Shown: positions 12,401 to 25,705, counted from the first letter of the whole stretch. The stretch: 63,866 nucleotides of DNA, filler included, from Craspedostauros australis (GCA_030167865.1; 12 parts of 12 records of this genome joined end to end with filler, not necessarily neighbours in it), one strand, 5' to 3'. Numbers and translations: made by a program. Notes: generated by a model not told the origin, from the sequence alone.

Positions 12401-13503
12401 GTTCTTGGTCAAGACACCCTGCAACAATCACACATCCGCCACATGGAAGACGACGTTCGATCAAGAGTACTTCGTCGTCGTCAAGCTCGCAGTTGAGAAC
12501 ACAGCAGCTGTTGCTGGTGCAGCTAGTGTTGGTACCGATACTGTTGGTAGCGACATTGACAGTGACGCGCAGCAGGTGACGATGAATACCGATAGCGATA
12601 CCGATAGCGACACGACCACACTGCATCCCACCTTCACCCTCACTGTTGAGGATGCAGCCGTCAACGACAAGTGCAGATCGGCTATCGGTCCGCTGCCCCT
12701 CGATGGCAAGTACAGAACCATCACAACAAGGAGCGCAACTCGCAGTTTCATCAGCGTCAAAGGTGATCGCACCATTCAGGACTATCCATCATGTCCATCG
12801 ACAACCTCATCTGACACAGACGCCGAAGGACGTGATGTGTGGTTCTCCTTCATCGGGAACGGGATGGACCTCATCGCATCCACATGCTCCATCTACACAC
12901 AGTTCAACACGCAGGTGACGATGTACCGCGGCGATGAATGCACGTCCTTGTCATGTGCCGCCAATGTCGACGACTCGGTAGGATCCACAGACGCAGTGCC
13001 GTCGATTGGGATGGAGATGAACTGCAGCGATGTGTTCTTGAGTGTGAATCGCGACTTCAACGAGATCGCGCAGGGCAGAGGCAGGTCCATCCGATGGACG
13101 TCAGAGGTGGACGTCCTGTACTTCATCCGTGTGTCTGGTCGTGACCTGGACGAGGACTACGGCGTCGTGGACTTCCGCATCTCCCCGTACAACGACATCT
13201 GCAGCCGAGCGATCTCGTTGGAGCTGGTGACATCAGGATCGTCAGCGGTTGCGGTGGGACGAATCACAGGCACATCTGAGGGTGCCCTTGAGTATGGGGG
13301 ATGCGACGCCCCACCCCAAACTCGAGGCACTGGTGGAGTGTGGTACAAGGTGAAAGGCACAGGCGGTCCGATGTATGCCTCGACGTGCAACACTGCAGGT
13401 CGGCTGCCCACGTATGTTTCCATCAGTGAGATCAACTTCGACCACTACGGATCTGTCATTGTTGACAATATTGACACGGATCCAAACTTCCCCGTCATCA
13501 TCA
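9430..13503 (+). CDS. Type II membrane protein with at least 6 Cys-rich beta-sandwich (PPC/CUB-like) repeats; allele A, partial at both ends; intron 11756-11967
   Basis: Disordered N-terminus with PGAY motif, single TM IIICVVCLILIGVIVGIVVGV, and a P/T stalk. Repeats of NDxCxxA...GVW[YF]...GTG...ASTC...TxISxFxGxCxxLxC...ND...YxxxVHG follow. Removing a GTACGT...AAAATAG intron gives YKLIVHTP and joins the two long ORFs. Confidence 0.85.
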
Positions 13504-13604
13504 NNNNNNNNNNNNNNNNNNNNNNNNNNNNNNNNNNNNNNNNNNNNTTAATTAATTAANNNNNNNNNNNNNNNNNNNNNNNNNNNNNNNNNNNNNNNNN
13601 NNNG

Positions 13605-16600
13605 CGAAGAACCAACCAAGCGGGGGATCTTGTATCACCAGTGGCCGCCGCAGGCCGGCAAGTCAGCAAGGGGGCGTTCTCACGGATGACGTCTCCAGGA
13701 GCCTACGCAAGTGGAAACTCGGGAGAGATGAGCAGGCAAGATCGCAGCAGTCCATTCTCGCCATCGGCCAGCAAGTCCGGAGCTGTGCCCCAACTTCCAT
13801 ATGGTTCATCCCTTGCAAGCAACCAGAACGCCGACAGAACCTCCGAAGCTCTGTACCGAAAAATTCTCCTCGAAGACGAGCAGACTACCATCACTGGCGA
13901 CGATGGCGCTGGAACCAACAGCCGTGGAGACACCATCCCATCATCGGCAGCAGGCAGCAAACCCATCTTCTCGCAAATGGTGGAAAGCCAGGGACATTCG
14001 AACAGCGACCTCTTGCACATGTCGTTCGACAGTCGTCCTCCCAGCGCGAAAGCTGGCCGCCAAGACTCTCAGATTGGCGCATTCCAGGCGTCACCGACTC
14101 CCAACAGCTTTGATGCGCACGAGGCTGAACGGCTTGATGGTGGCGTTTTCGACCCGTTGGTTAGAGATGTTTCAACAGAACGGGACGATACGAAACCCAA
14201 GAAGGTCCTACCGCAGGCGGTGCTTCTGCAGGCGGACCCAGTCACGCCGGATGGCGAAATGCAGAAGGATGTTACCGACGCTGAACGTCAGAAGATCCGG
14301 GAGGAGGCAGAGGAAAATGCCCGCAAGAAGGTCGAAGGAACTGTGGTGCATGCCACGATGGCAGAGGATGTGATCGATATCAACGCGACATCTTCCGACA
14401 AGCAACGGTCCAAGTCGATCATCATCTGCGTCGTCTGCCTCATCTTGATCGGCGTCATTGTTGGCATCGTCGTCGGCGTTCAATCCAACTCGTCGGATTC
14501 ATCGTCGTCGGCGACGAACCCAACTGACAATGGCGGCAGCGGCGGCGCAACATCACCTCCCACCAAAAGTCCAGTCGAAACGATGCCGCCGACGACCATG
14601 CCGCCGACATTCTTCCCGATCATCGACACCGACGCACCATGCACATCCAACAGCTTCTGCGAGTGCGCTCTGGACATCAACGAAACCGACATTGGCGAAT
14701 TCCTGTTCGGAAGCACCGCCGGTGCAACAACTGATGCAGTCAGCACGTGCGGAGGCATCTCAAGGAACGGTGCAGGTGTTTGGTATCGAATGAAAAGTAG
14801 CTCCTTCACGGATGCGAACGGCACTACCCCAACAGACGTAAACACGCCGGCCCCACGCATTTTCATGGCGTCGCTTTGTGCATCACCGCCTTCCGAACAA
14901 GGCACCGATTATGACAGCCAGATTTCGATCTTCGCGGGTGATCGATGTGATCGACTGCAGTGCGTCGCGGGCAATGATCAAGGTGGCGTTGAATGTAACG
15001 ACAAGAGCCGCGCATCATTCGTCCTCAACGGCGATGTCAATGTCGACGAATCGTACTACATCTATGTCCATGGCTTTCGTTCATCTCGCGGTCACTTCGC
15101 CATGGAAGTCTCCGAACTGCCAAGCAGCTCCCGGTGCGAGGATGCCGTCTTCGTTCCTGCATCAACGGACTCAGTGATATCCTCAACTAAGAGCGGAATC
15201 GTCCAGCCTCCGAAAGTTGGGGATTGTGGCAGTGCCGTTTCCACTGCGCCCGGAGTGTGGTTCGAACTGGCTTTCGATTCCTTTCTTATCGATTTGGGAT
15301 TCGCCGTTGACGTGATAGCGACTCCTATCACTGATGGATTCATTCCACAAGTTTCCCTGTTTGAGGGTGGCAGCTGTGATGAATCGCAATGCATCAGTGG
15401 CAGAGTGGGGATCGCTTCCGTCGTGCCCAACGCTGACGGTCGCTACTTCGCCTTGGTGCATGGAGCCGGCAACACTGTTGGCGATTTTGTACTCTCGGTC
15501 CCGAAATTTGGTTCTGCAAACGAAGACAGGAAGGCACCACCAGATCCAGTGTTCTGTGCCTCACCAATCGGGCTTCCCATCGGATCGAGCGTCTCCACCA
15601 CCCTCGAGGGGCTAGTTCCAGAGGTTGATCCCGTCGTATCATGCGGAAACGACGTTCTCATCGACACCAGAGGCAGTTTCTTTGATGCCTACCGAGGAAA
15701 TTGGTTCAACACGACTGGCACAGGCTCCATTCTGCGTGCATCAACGTGCAACGCAAAGACCAAGATCAACACCAAAATCAGCGTGTTCACTGGGACATGT
15801 GGAGATCTGCAATGCATCGATGCCAATGATGATGCATCCACGTTCCTGCGTGCTGAAAACGACGAGGACAGTGAGAACGAATTCTGCAGCGTGTTGGAGT
15901 GGTACGCACATGAAGGAGTGGAGTACAAGCTCATTGGTACGTGAGACTTGCATTGTTGCGAGTTGGATGCCTTTTGCTTCTGATTCCGTGCACGGAATTC
16001 CACTGCTTGTGTCCCGATTGCCTGTATCTCCTTCAAGTACGTTGGTCAACGATTCTTCTCACCTTTCACAACCACCTGCTTTCCATGAACTGGATGACTC
16101 TTGCTGTACATCTACTCGTATCACGCGACATGCCTCTCACCAAAATAGTTCACACACCAGAAGACCGATCACCCAACAAATTCGATTGCACAATCACACT
16201 GCGGGAAGTGGATCCATCTTCAAACCAGACATGCCAAACGGCAACCGCAATCCCGACGGATGGGACCACCACCATCGGAGTGCTACATCCAACCATCAAG
16301 ACAGTGGAAGAGATGCCTCCCACCATTCCCATCATTTCCGATGACACACACATAGTCACAGAATCGGACGATCACGATGAGTACCTCTTCTGGTACAGCG
16401 TCAAGGGAACCGGCCAACCGCTCACAGCATCCACATGCCATCCAGGATCCATGCTGCTGCAAACATCTACATCCACATCCACATCCACATCGATCTTCAT
16501 CTTTGCTAACGATGGCAACACGGCATCCTGTGACAACCTCCGCCAGCTCATCGATGTGACCTCAGCAAGTCCATCGCCAGAGTTCTTGGTCAAGACACCC

Positions 16601-17684
16601 TGCAACAATCACACATCCGCCACATGGAAGACGACGTTCGATCAAGAGTACTTCGTCGTCGTCAAGCTCGCAGTTGAGAACACAGCAGCTGTTGCTGGTG
16701 CAGCTAGTGTTGGTACCGATACTGTTGGTAGCGACATTGACAGTGACGCGCAGCAGGTGACGATGAATACCGATAGCGATACCGATAGCGACACGACCAC
16801 ACTGCATCCCACCTTCACCCTCACTGTTGAGGATGCAGCCGTCAACGACAAGTGCAGATCGGCTATCGGTCCGCTGCCCCTCGATGGCAAGTACAGAACC
16901 ATCACAACAAGGAGCGCAACTCGCAGTTTCATCAGCGTCAAAGGTGATCGCACCATTCAGGACTATCCATCATGTCCATCGACAACCTCATCTGACACAG
17001 ACGCCGAAGGACGTGATGTGTGGTTCTCCTTCATCGGGAACGGGATGGACCTCATCGCATCCACATGCTCCATCTACACACAGTTCAACACGCAGGTGAC
17101 GATGTACCGCGGCGATGAATGCACGTCCTTGTCATGTGCCGCCAATGTCGACGACTCGGTAGGATCCACAGACGCAGTGCCGTCGATTGGGATGGAGATG
17201 AACTGCAGCGATGTGTTCTTGAGTGTGAATCGCGACTTCAACGAGATCGCGCAGGGCAGAGGCAGGTCCATCCGATGGACGTCAGAGGTGGACGTCCTGT
17301 ACTTCATCCGTGTGTCTGGTCGTGACCTGGACGAGGACTACGGCGTCGTGGACTTCCGCATCTCCCCGTACAACGACATCTGCAGCCGAGCGATCTCGTT
17401 GGAGCTGGTGACATCAGGATCGTCAGCGGTTGCGGTGGGACGAATCACAGGCACATCTGAGGGTGCCCTTGAGTATGGGGGATGCGACGCCCCACCCCAA
17501 ACTCGAGGCACTGGTGGAGTGTGGTACAAGGTGAAAGGCACAGGCGGTCCGATGTATGCCTCGACGTGCAACACTGCAGGTCGGCTGCCCACGTATGTTT
17601 CCATCAGTGAGATCAACTTCGACCACTACGGATCTGTCATTGTTGACAATATTGACACGGATCCAAACTTCCCCGTCATCATCA
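13605..17684 (+). CDS. Same type II repeat membrane protein; allele B (redundant contig), partial
   Basis: Identical to 9429-13503 except a few SNPs and a 6-bp indel near 15016-15045 (VLNGDVNVD vs VLNGNVD) and one SNP near 15122. Confidence 0.85.
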
Positions 17685-17784
17685 NNNNNNNNNNNNNNNN
17701 NNNNNNNNNNNNNNNNNNNNNNNNNNNNTTAATTAATTAANNNNNNNNNNNNNNNNNNNNNNNNNNNNNNNNNNNNNNNNNNNN

Positions 17785-19415
17785 GATGCGCGGCTCTTGT
17801 CGTTACATTCAACGCCACCTTGATCATTGCCCGCGACGCACTGCAGTCGATCACATCGATCACCCGCGAAGATCGAAATCTGGCTGTCATAATCGGTGCC
17901 TTGTTCGGAAGGCGGTGATGCACAAAGCGACGCCATGAAAATGCGTGGGGCCGGCGTGTTTACGTCTGTTGGGGTAGTGCCGTTCGCATCCGTGAAGGAG
18001 CTACTTTTCATTCGATACCAAACACCTGCACCGTTCCTTGAGATGCCTCCGCACGTGCTGACTGCATCAGTTGTTGCACCGGCGGTGCTTCCGAACAGGA
18101 ATTCGCCAATGTCGGTTTCGTTGATGTCCAGAGCGCACTCGCAGAAGCTGTTGGATGTGCATGGTGCGTCGGTGTCGATGATCGGGAAGAATGTCGGCGG
18201 CATGGTCGTCGGCGGCATCGTTTCGACTGGACTTTTGGTGGGAGGTGATGTTGCGCCGCCGCTGCCGCCATTGTCAGTTGGGTTCGTCGCCGACGACGAT
18301 GAATCCGACGAGTTGGATTGAACGCCGACGACGATGCCAACAATGACGCCGATCAAGATGAGGCAGACGACGCAGATGATGATCGACTTGGACCGTTGCT
18401 TGTCGGAAGATGTCGCGTTGATATCGATCACATCCTCTGCCATCGTGGCATGCACCACAGTTCCTTCGACCTTCTTGCGGGCATTTTCCTCTGCCTCCTC
18501 CCGGATCTTCTGACGTTCAGCGTCGGTAACATCCTTCTGCATTTCGCCATCCGGCGTGACTGGGTCCGCCTGCAGAAGCACCGCCTGCGGTAGGACCTTC
18601 TTGGGTTTCGTATCGTCCCGTTCTGTTGAAACATCTCTAACCAACGGGTCGAAAACGCCACCATCAAGCCGTTCAGCCTCGTGCGCATCAAAGCTGTTGG
18701 GAGTCGGTGACGCCTGGAATGCGCCAATCTGAGAGTCTTGGCGGCCAGCTTTCGCGCTGGGAGGACGACTGTCGAACGACATGTGCAAGAGGTCGCTGTT
18801 CGAATGTCCCTGGCTTTCCACCATTTGCGAGAAGATGGGTTTGCTGCCTGCTGCCGATGATGGGATGGTGTCTCCACGGCTGTTGGTTCCAGCGCCATCG
18901 TCGCCAGTGATGGTAGTCTGCTCGTCTTCGAGGAGAATTTTTCGGTACAGAGCTTCGGAGGTTCTGTCGGCGTTCTGGTTGCTTGCAAGGGATGAACCAT
19001 ATGGAAGTTGGGGCACAGCTCCGGACTTGCTGGCCGATGGCGAGAATGGACTGCTGCGATCTTGCCTGCTCATCTCTCCCGAGTTTCCACTTGCGTAGGC
19101 TCCTGGAGACGTCATCCGTGAGAACGCCCCCTTGCTGACTTGCCGGCCTGCGGCGGCCACTGGTGATACAAGATCCCCCGCTTGGTTGGTTCTTCGCGCC
19201 TTTTCTCTTCTCGCTTGCGGTCCGGGTTCGGAGACAACGGATTCCATGTCTCCGCCGTTCTGAGGCGTCGTCGCGGAGGCAGCGGAGGCGCGTGGCGATT
19301 GAGACGGAATCACCGAGATCGCTCCAATCGTGACCTCCTCATTGGTTGCGCTGGTTGGACTAGCATTGTTTGCGATGTTGTTGTCGTTGTCGTTGTTGCC
19401 GTTGTTTCGGTCCAT
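17785..19415 (-). CDS. 5' part of the same type II repeat membrane protein, containing the true start (MDRNNGNN...)
   Basis: Reverse complement of the 5' part of the two previous contigs, extended upstream to an ACCATGG start at 19415. The contig ends exactly where alleles A and B diverge. Confidence 0.85.
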
Positions 19416-20247
19416 GGTTGATGTGCTGCGTGTTGTGGTTGATTTGCATGAGATGGCAACAGCCAAGTTTATGGGCTGACAGCTGTTCGCGATGGTTATC
19501 TGCGGATGTTGCGGATGAATGTTGTGATTGTTGTGATTGTTGGATTATTGTGACGGTTATCGTCGAGGCTTGCTTTTCGGTCTTGCTTCTCTGTCTTCCT
19601 TCTCCTTGTCCACCAACCTCTCTGGTGATGGTACGAAGGAAAACAGGCGCAACCTGCTTCGCGAGATTTTGGGCGGAACGGATGACGTGATCTTTGGTGT
19701 GGTCGCAGATAGCCCAAGCAGAAACTCGCATGTCACGAACGAATCTTGCGACAGTCTCGTGACCTGCGAAGCACATAAATGGTGGTGCCAAACCACCTTG
19801 AACCGGGATTGTGATCGTTGATACTTGATCGACAACAAATCAGACCAATTTAGTCGCTTTCATGGTGGGACCTGCCTGACACAGCCCATTCATCTCCAGA
19901 TTGCTTCGTAATTAGTTGTCTTTCGACGCTGGAAGACGGAAATAGTACGTTGCATTCTCGATTTTGGCACAGCGACTTTACTGTTTTCAATCACGAAAAC
20001 GCCATTCGGACATCCGAAACATGCAAAAATAGGAGTGTTATTGTCAACAACGACTGGTGCGTGAGTCCAGAAACGTGCGTGTTTGAATGACGTCCCACAA
20101 GATACGACACAGCCGGATCTTTGGTGTTGTTGCTGTGGCCATCATCAGCAATGTGGAAGGAATGGAGCAGAGCCACCACATTCATCGGCGCCAAACATCG
20201 AGATCATTGGCTGTAGGTGATGGCATGCCAAGAGATCTCGGTACCCT

Positions 20248-21450
20248 ATGATTGCTTGGTGCAGAGCAGTCACTCTCTATTGCGTGATCGCATTGGCAGG
20301 TTCTTACGCTGACGCTTTCGACCCTTGCCGCCCAGCGTCCATCGACTTCTCTGGCCAGCATTGGCTGAAACATCGGACGAGATCCCCATTGCGGGCTTCC
20401 CCACATCCAGACGAATTCATGGGGCCGCCATCGCCGACAGCCCCATCTTCCATCCAGGTATCATGCTTGGGCAACTCCATCCAATACTACAACGATTGCC
20501 CGCGATTGCTGCAGAGCATACTGCAGGAGGTATGCTCCAAGGTCCATCAGGATTCGTGCCTGCGCGGTGGAGCGAGCCTCGTATCCTTGTTCGGCCAAGG
20601 CAATGGAATGAGAAACAAATTCGCATCTGCGACGAGCCTACGAGATGACGGGAGCTACGACATCGGCGCACCGACAGTCCAAGATCTCTTGCTGCCAAAA
20701 CGACAGGCGAGCGGCAATAGCGAGGCAGAGACAAGCAATAGTGTCGGCATGGGAGGCACTGATGCGCTGGATATCATCATCCTGAACGACCATACGCAAT
20801 CACCTGCGAGGCTGACGACTCGACAATCAACGATCGCGTCGCTGCAGCGCGACTACTTGCCATTGCTGCGCCAACGACAGCAGCACAATGAATCAGCGCC
20901 CGCCACGACCACCATGATCGTCATCTTCCTGCAAACTCCGGCATATCGCGACACGGTGCAAGGCTGCGACGATCTTGGCACGTTCGAGGCATTCACAGAC
21001 CGTGTGTTGGCTGGATACCAATCCTACGTCGATGCGCTGTCGCCGTTGCGTGCTGAGATCGCTCACGTGGGCATGGCGTATCGGCATGTGCGTCAGACCA
21101 ATGTGGACCTGTGGCGACGATTGTATGCACCCGACGATTTTCATCCGAGCCCCCACGGAACGTGGCTGCAGGCCTGCGTGTTGTATTACTCCATTTGGGG
21201 TGCCCACGATCGGCCCCCATTGCGGTACAGCGCAGCATTGTGGAAATCGACGCGCTACTTTGCCCCGAATGCGGAACAAGACGGAAACGATGACGACCGC
21301 CTTCCCGCATTTCCGACGACGGATGAGGCCATGCTGCTGGCGGATGTCGCGTGGAAGATTCAATGCGAATACTCCCAAACCAAGACAGGAGCCGAGCACG
21401 ATGGTGCCGATGGGGGTGGAAACGATCCATCACCGAATGCGAATCTGTAG
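20248..21450 (+). CDS. SGNH/GDSL-type hydrolase with N-terminal signal peptide
   Basis: Block I VSCLGNSIQYYND, IIILNDHTQSP, and block V DDFHPSPHG (DxxH). The hydrophobic N-terminus ends ADA-F. Confidence 0.8.
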   Translation: MIAWCRAVTLYCVIALAGSYADAFDPCRPASIDFSGQHWLKHRTRSPLRASPHPDEFMGPPSPTAPSSIQVSCLGNSIQYYNDCPRLLQSILQEVCSKVHQDSCLRGGASLVSLFGQGNGMRNKFASATSLRDDGSYDIGAPTVQDLLLPKRQASGNSEAETSNSVGMGGTDALDIIILNDHTQSPARLTTRQSTIASLQRDYLPLLRQRQQHNESAPATTTMIVIFLQTPAYRDTVQGCDDLGTFEAFTDRVLAGYQSYVDALSPLRAEIAHVGMAYRHVRQTNVDLWRRLYAPDDFHPSPHGTWLQACVLYYSIWGAHDRPPLRYSAALWKSTRYFAPNAEQDGNDDDRLPAFPTTDEAMLLADVAWKIQCEYSQTKTGAEHDGADGGGNDPSPNANL

Positions 21451-22288
21451 AGAGAGTGTGTGTGTGTATGGGATGAGGATGAGGATGGTGCAATCGTATT
21501 GCTTTTCTCAACAGTGCTGGAGAGTGAAGTTGAGTATGGTACATACTAGAGAAGTATTGCCCGCATACACATTCATTTCACCTCTCCTCTCTTGAGAGTA
21601 GGGGCACGAACACTTGCACGCCTGTGTGAAGAGGTGATGTGATTACGAGCTGGAGCATGGAAGAGCGTACAGCAGTGTTTGGATAACAGAACAACAGTGT
21701 CAATACGCACACGATTGCCAACACTCATGGCTTGCTCGTGTCCTCTCTCTCTCTAGTTTGTTTGTACAGGCATGTAACTCGGATCCTTCCACCCATCTCT
21801 CCGGAGAGAGATCGACAGATGATGCCACCAGTATTTGAGCACGTGTCCCCGCATGCCCTGAATCTTCGTGGCTGATGGCGCGCACTCCCACTCGAACACC
21901 GCACTTCTTCCCCACAACCTCGCCGAAGTTAGCCCGTTCTTCGGGAAGAAAAGGCTGACGCGGAACTTCGTGTGGTCACAATCGAGACCCTAAATTCTCA
22001 AACAGTGTCCCCACCGAGTCCCGCATTTCTATTTTAGTCTTCGTATGTTTGCACGAAACACGCTTCCATTTGTACCAGAACGTTATTTGCCGTTATGCCA
22101 ATGACAGGAACCAAACACGCCCAACGCATGTTTCGTTGTGCACACCACGACCGCTGCCTCCAACCAACAGCTCGAAGCAATGCTGCGACTGCGCGACTTT
22201 GCGCTGTGCGTGATGCATTATTCTCACAAGTCTCGTCGCAATCACAACAACTGAAATCCCCCGAGGCGACAACAGAGGAGACAGCAAG

Positions 22289-22980
22289 ATGAGCGACAAG
22301 TACGACGATTACGACTGGAGCGAGCTCGACGACGAGGCCAAGAAGTACGCCAAGGTGCTCGGGTATGACAAGAAGAAGTGGGACAAGGGTACGTCGGAGG
22401 GTTGCCGCTCATGGTGGGATTTGGGACGGTCGCGGTAGTGCTGACGCCAACATTGGCGATGGAGCCTTCAGCGGTGGCGATTCGCCTGCGCCACACTGCG
22501 GTTTGCTTCCGAGTTGACGATGGTGTACACAGCATGATGCACACCACGGCTGCCAGGTCGATCGGTCCGTCAATTGATTCATTGACGGATTCGTTGATTG
22601 ATTGATTGATTCCGATGCATCGCAACCACGGTAGTTGCAGGCGGTTATCTGGCAGCCCTTTCATTTGCTGCTATGAATGCGGTGGATTCCTTCCGCCTTG
22701 CAGCCAGCTTGTGGCGTGACACACTGCGAGTAGACCCATATGTACGCAACGTTCACCGCGCTCACCGCCGTCTCTTCCATCGCTCTGCATGCTGCGACGT
22801 GTATCTTTCGTTGTGGTGGGCCATCCACATGCCAACGTGTCGCACACGGTGATATTCCACCCCGCAACAGACTCCGACCTCCCACTTGATGAATATGACT
22901 GGGACGAGCTGACGAAGGAGCAGCAAACGGCCGCCAAGTTCTTCGGATACACAAAGAAGTCATGGAATGAGGATGACTAG
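22289..22980 (+). CDS. 69-aa microprotein made of two W-x-E-L...AA..[LF]GY....W repeats; exons 22289-22388 and 22871-22980
   Basis: A GTACGT...CAACAG intron (482 bp) joins MSDKYDDYDWSELDDEAKKYAKVLGYDKKKWDK to DSDLPLDEYDWDELTKEQQTAAKFFGYTKKSWNEDD*. Strong codon bias. Confidence 0.85.
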
Positions 22981-23662
22981 ACTATTCGTAAAGTGGTCCC
23001 TGGCTTCGCTGAGATCTCTGTGGTTCCAGCTCATGATTCGCTCTGCTGATGCGCGAGACTACGAGAATGCTTGCTCCAGGCGAGAGGACGATGACGATGA
23101 CAACCGCATTGGATGTTGTTGGAATGCAGGAGCACCATAACCCAAATAGAACATGACGCTCTGTTGAGCTTTTGAAACAGCACAATACTCGAACCCCGCT
23201 TAGTTCACATTTGTCAAAGGATACATGGTGCTACTATATTGAGATGGGGGTGTGTGTACAAATGCAGAAAGCAGACTGAAGCACCGCTCTACCGCACTCG
23301 TATTCAGGTCTGTGCATTACGCTCCCGAGAGTACTCCAGTCCCTGTGAGCTCCATGCATCCGTGTCGGGAGGGTTGGTCAATGTTGTACCACGAAGCACA
23401 TACCTGCTAATACACGACAGTCACCTGTTCCAGCCCGTCCCGACAGACATGTTGCTGGCACTCCAATGACTTGAACTTGCGCACTCGACGAGGATGTGTT
23501 GACCAAAATCAACATCGCTTCTAGATTTAGTACATGCTGCCGGTCAATTATATCGTTCAATGCGAGTGGGGAACCGACCTGAGTCGATGGAAGCTAGAGT
23601 TCCCGCCGCTGGCGATCGGGTGTACGTACCCGGACGAGTAGTAGAGCATCACGATGGCATGC

Positions 23663-25705
23663 TTACTTCAGCTGCTCCTGCAACACCGGTGTCAAGTACT
23701 CGGCGACCTTGAGGGTCTCGACGGCGACACCGATGGTGGCGATACCCTCGGCTGGAAGTCCGTCGACGGTGTGCTTGGCGACGCGCTCCTTGACGGTGAT
23801 GTAGTCTGGGTCCTGGGTGAAGAAGTATGGCATGGCACCTGGGTACTTGGCCTCAAGCTCCTTGACGTGGGCCTTGTCCTCGTCGTCTGGCATGTAGTAA
23901 CGGAAGACCTCCTCGCCGGCATCGTCGGAGACGGTGGCGAAGGAATCGGTTCCGCCGCAACGGTCGGCAGAGACGCTGACCTTGTTTCCGTTCTTCGTGG
24001 TGATGGTGAACTTGATCTTGTCGAAATCGGTGTACTCCTTGCCGGATGGTCCTGGGAGGGTCTGCATGGAGGAGAATTCCTTGTCGGCCTCGACGGACTC
24101 GATGTTGTCGACGGTGACATCGTAGAAGCTGACCAAGAGTGCCAGCTCGTGGATGGCCATGTTCTTCAGCATACCTTCGGCGTTACGCTCGAAGCACTCT
24201 CCGAGGGATTCTGGCGTGTTCTCGTAGGCATTGTTGGAAACGAAGGTGACGTGGGAGCCTGGGAGGGTGGAGGCGAATTCGCGGGTCTTGGCGACGTACT
24301 TGCAGACGTTCTTGTTGTACCCCATGAGCACTTCGACGCCGGCGTCCTCGGATTCCTTCTGCATCTGCTCCAGCTCGGTGACGGTTGGGGCACCTGGCTT
24401 CTCAAGGTAGATGCACTTGCTGCCCTTGGCGATGCACTCGGTCAGCAGACGCGGGTTGTCGGCCGTGCGGCCGGAGATGAGGGCAAGACGAGGGGCGGCT
24501 GGTGGTGGGAGGTCGTCGAGGCTGGCAGCGAAGGTGGTTCCGTACTTGGCCTCGGTATCCACCTGCCACTGCTTGAATTCCTCGCCGGCTGGGGACTCGG
24601 CTCCACCACCCAAGAACCATGGCTCAACGACGTAGTCCATGGACGCGCTTGGGCATCTGCATCACACAAAAAGTGAGACAGAGCATCAGCAATTGATGTA
24701 TCAGCGGGTAGCGGATGTCATGGCAGATACGATGGTGGGCGGGTTGAGGTAGATGCAGACGGACAATGGTGAGAAAAGAAATCAAGTTGGATTGTCGTTG
24801 TGAGGTTGACCAACAGAGCATTGCTGGGTGCGACGCGGAGCTTCGGCTGTTCGAGTTCCATTCGACAAGGGCAGAGCAGAGCACCACTACTCCGATCAAC
24901 ACTGATGATTGGCGTTTGGGCGCATTTCCGCAGGCTCATCGTTGGATCATGGCAGGCAGAGCTGGTGCGATGGTCGTTGTTGTTGTTGTTGATCGTGCTG
25001 ATGTTGTTTCGCATTGCGTCCCGCGGTGATGGAAAATGCGAACGTTCGTCTCTGCCATTCTCGCGATACGTTGTTTGCATCGCATGGCATTGCGCTGCGT
25101 TGCGGTTTTGACGATGATGGCATGTATCGACGCCCTGTTGGCCCGGTTCAGCTGGCCATGAAGATGTCCAAAAACGCTCTGTCCATCGTGAAGGCTATTC
25201 TTGTTCGTGCGTGATATGGGTGGGGGTCTTTGGATTCTGTTCGTGTCTTTTCGTGTCCTTTGTGCGCTGTTGTGGTTGTTGTTGTTGAAGATCTCCGTGG
25301 CCGCGACCCTTGCTCATGCCCAACTGCCTTCTCGCCTGCTTCTGCCTTGACGAGTTGCCAGAGAGGCTGTTCAACCGCACCATGGTCACAGCAAGATCGC
25401 GCGCACATTTCACACAAACACGGTCATTGTGGCGCAAAAAAAAAAAGAATCTTTCGTGTCAACACTTACTGCTTCTCGAGCATCTGAACGGCGTGGTACC
25501 ATCCCATTCCGCGGTTGGGTGCACCGCATCCCACCAGGACGACCTCGGCTTGGCCTTCCTCCGCGAAGTTGACGGGGGATCCACCGAAGGCACGGCGTCC
25601 GAAGGAGGCAGCACGCGCGGTGCGCTGGAAGGCGAGGGCTTGTCGAGATGCGAGGGAGCTGAACATGGTGAAAAAGAGAGCTGTTGTGTTTGTGTGGAAT
25701 CTCAT
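23663..25705 (-). CDS. Plastid-targeted Gfo/Idh/MocA-family NAD(P)-dependent oxidoreductase (409 aa); exons 25705-25470 and 24656-23663
   Basis: Rossmann VVLVGCG, IYLEKP, MGYNK and MAIHELAL motifs. Signal peptide ALA-FQR (ASAF-type). GTAAGT...TGCAG intron of 813 bp. Very high codon bias. Confidence 0.9.

Noticed and set aside
23654..24676. 340-aa plus-strand ORF (and similar long antisense ORFs over MATE, chlH and the copia)
   Set aside because: Antisense shadows of strongly codon-biased real genes, with no motifs of their own.
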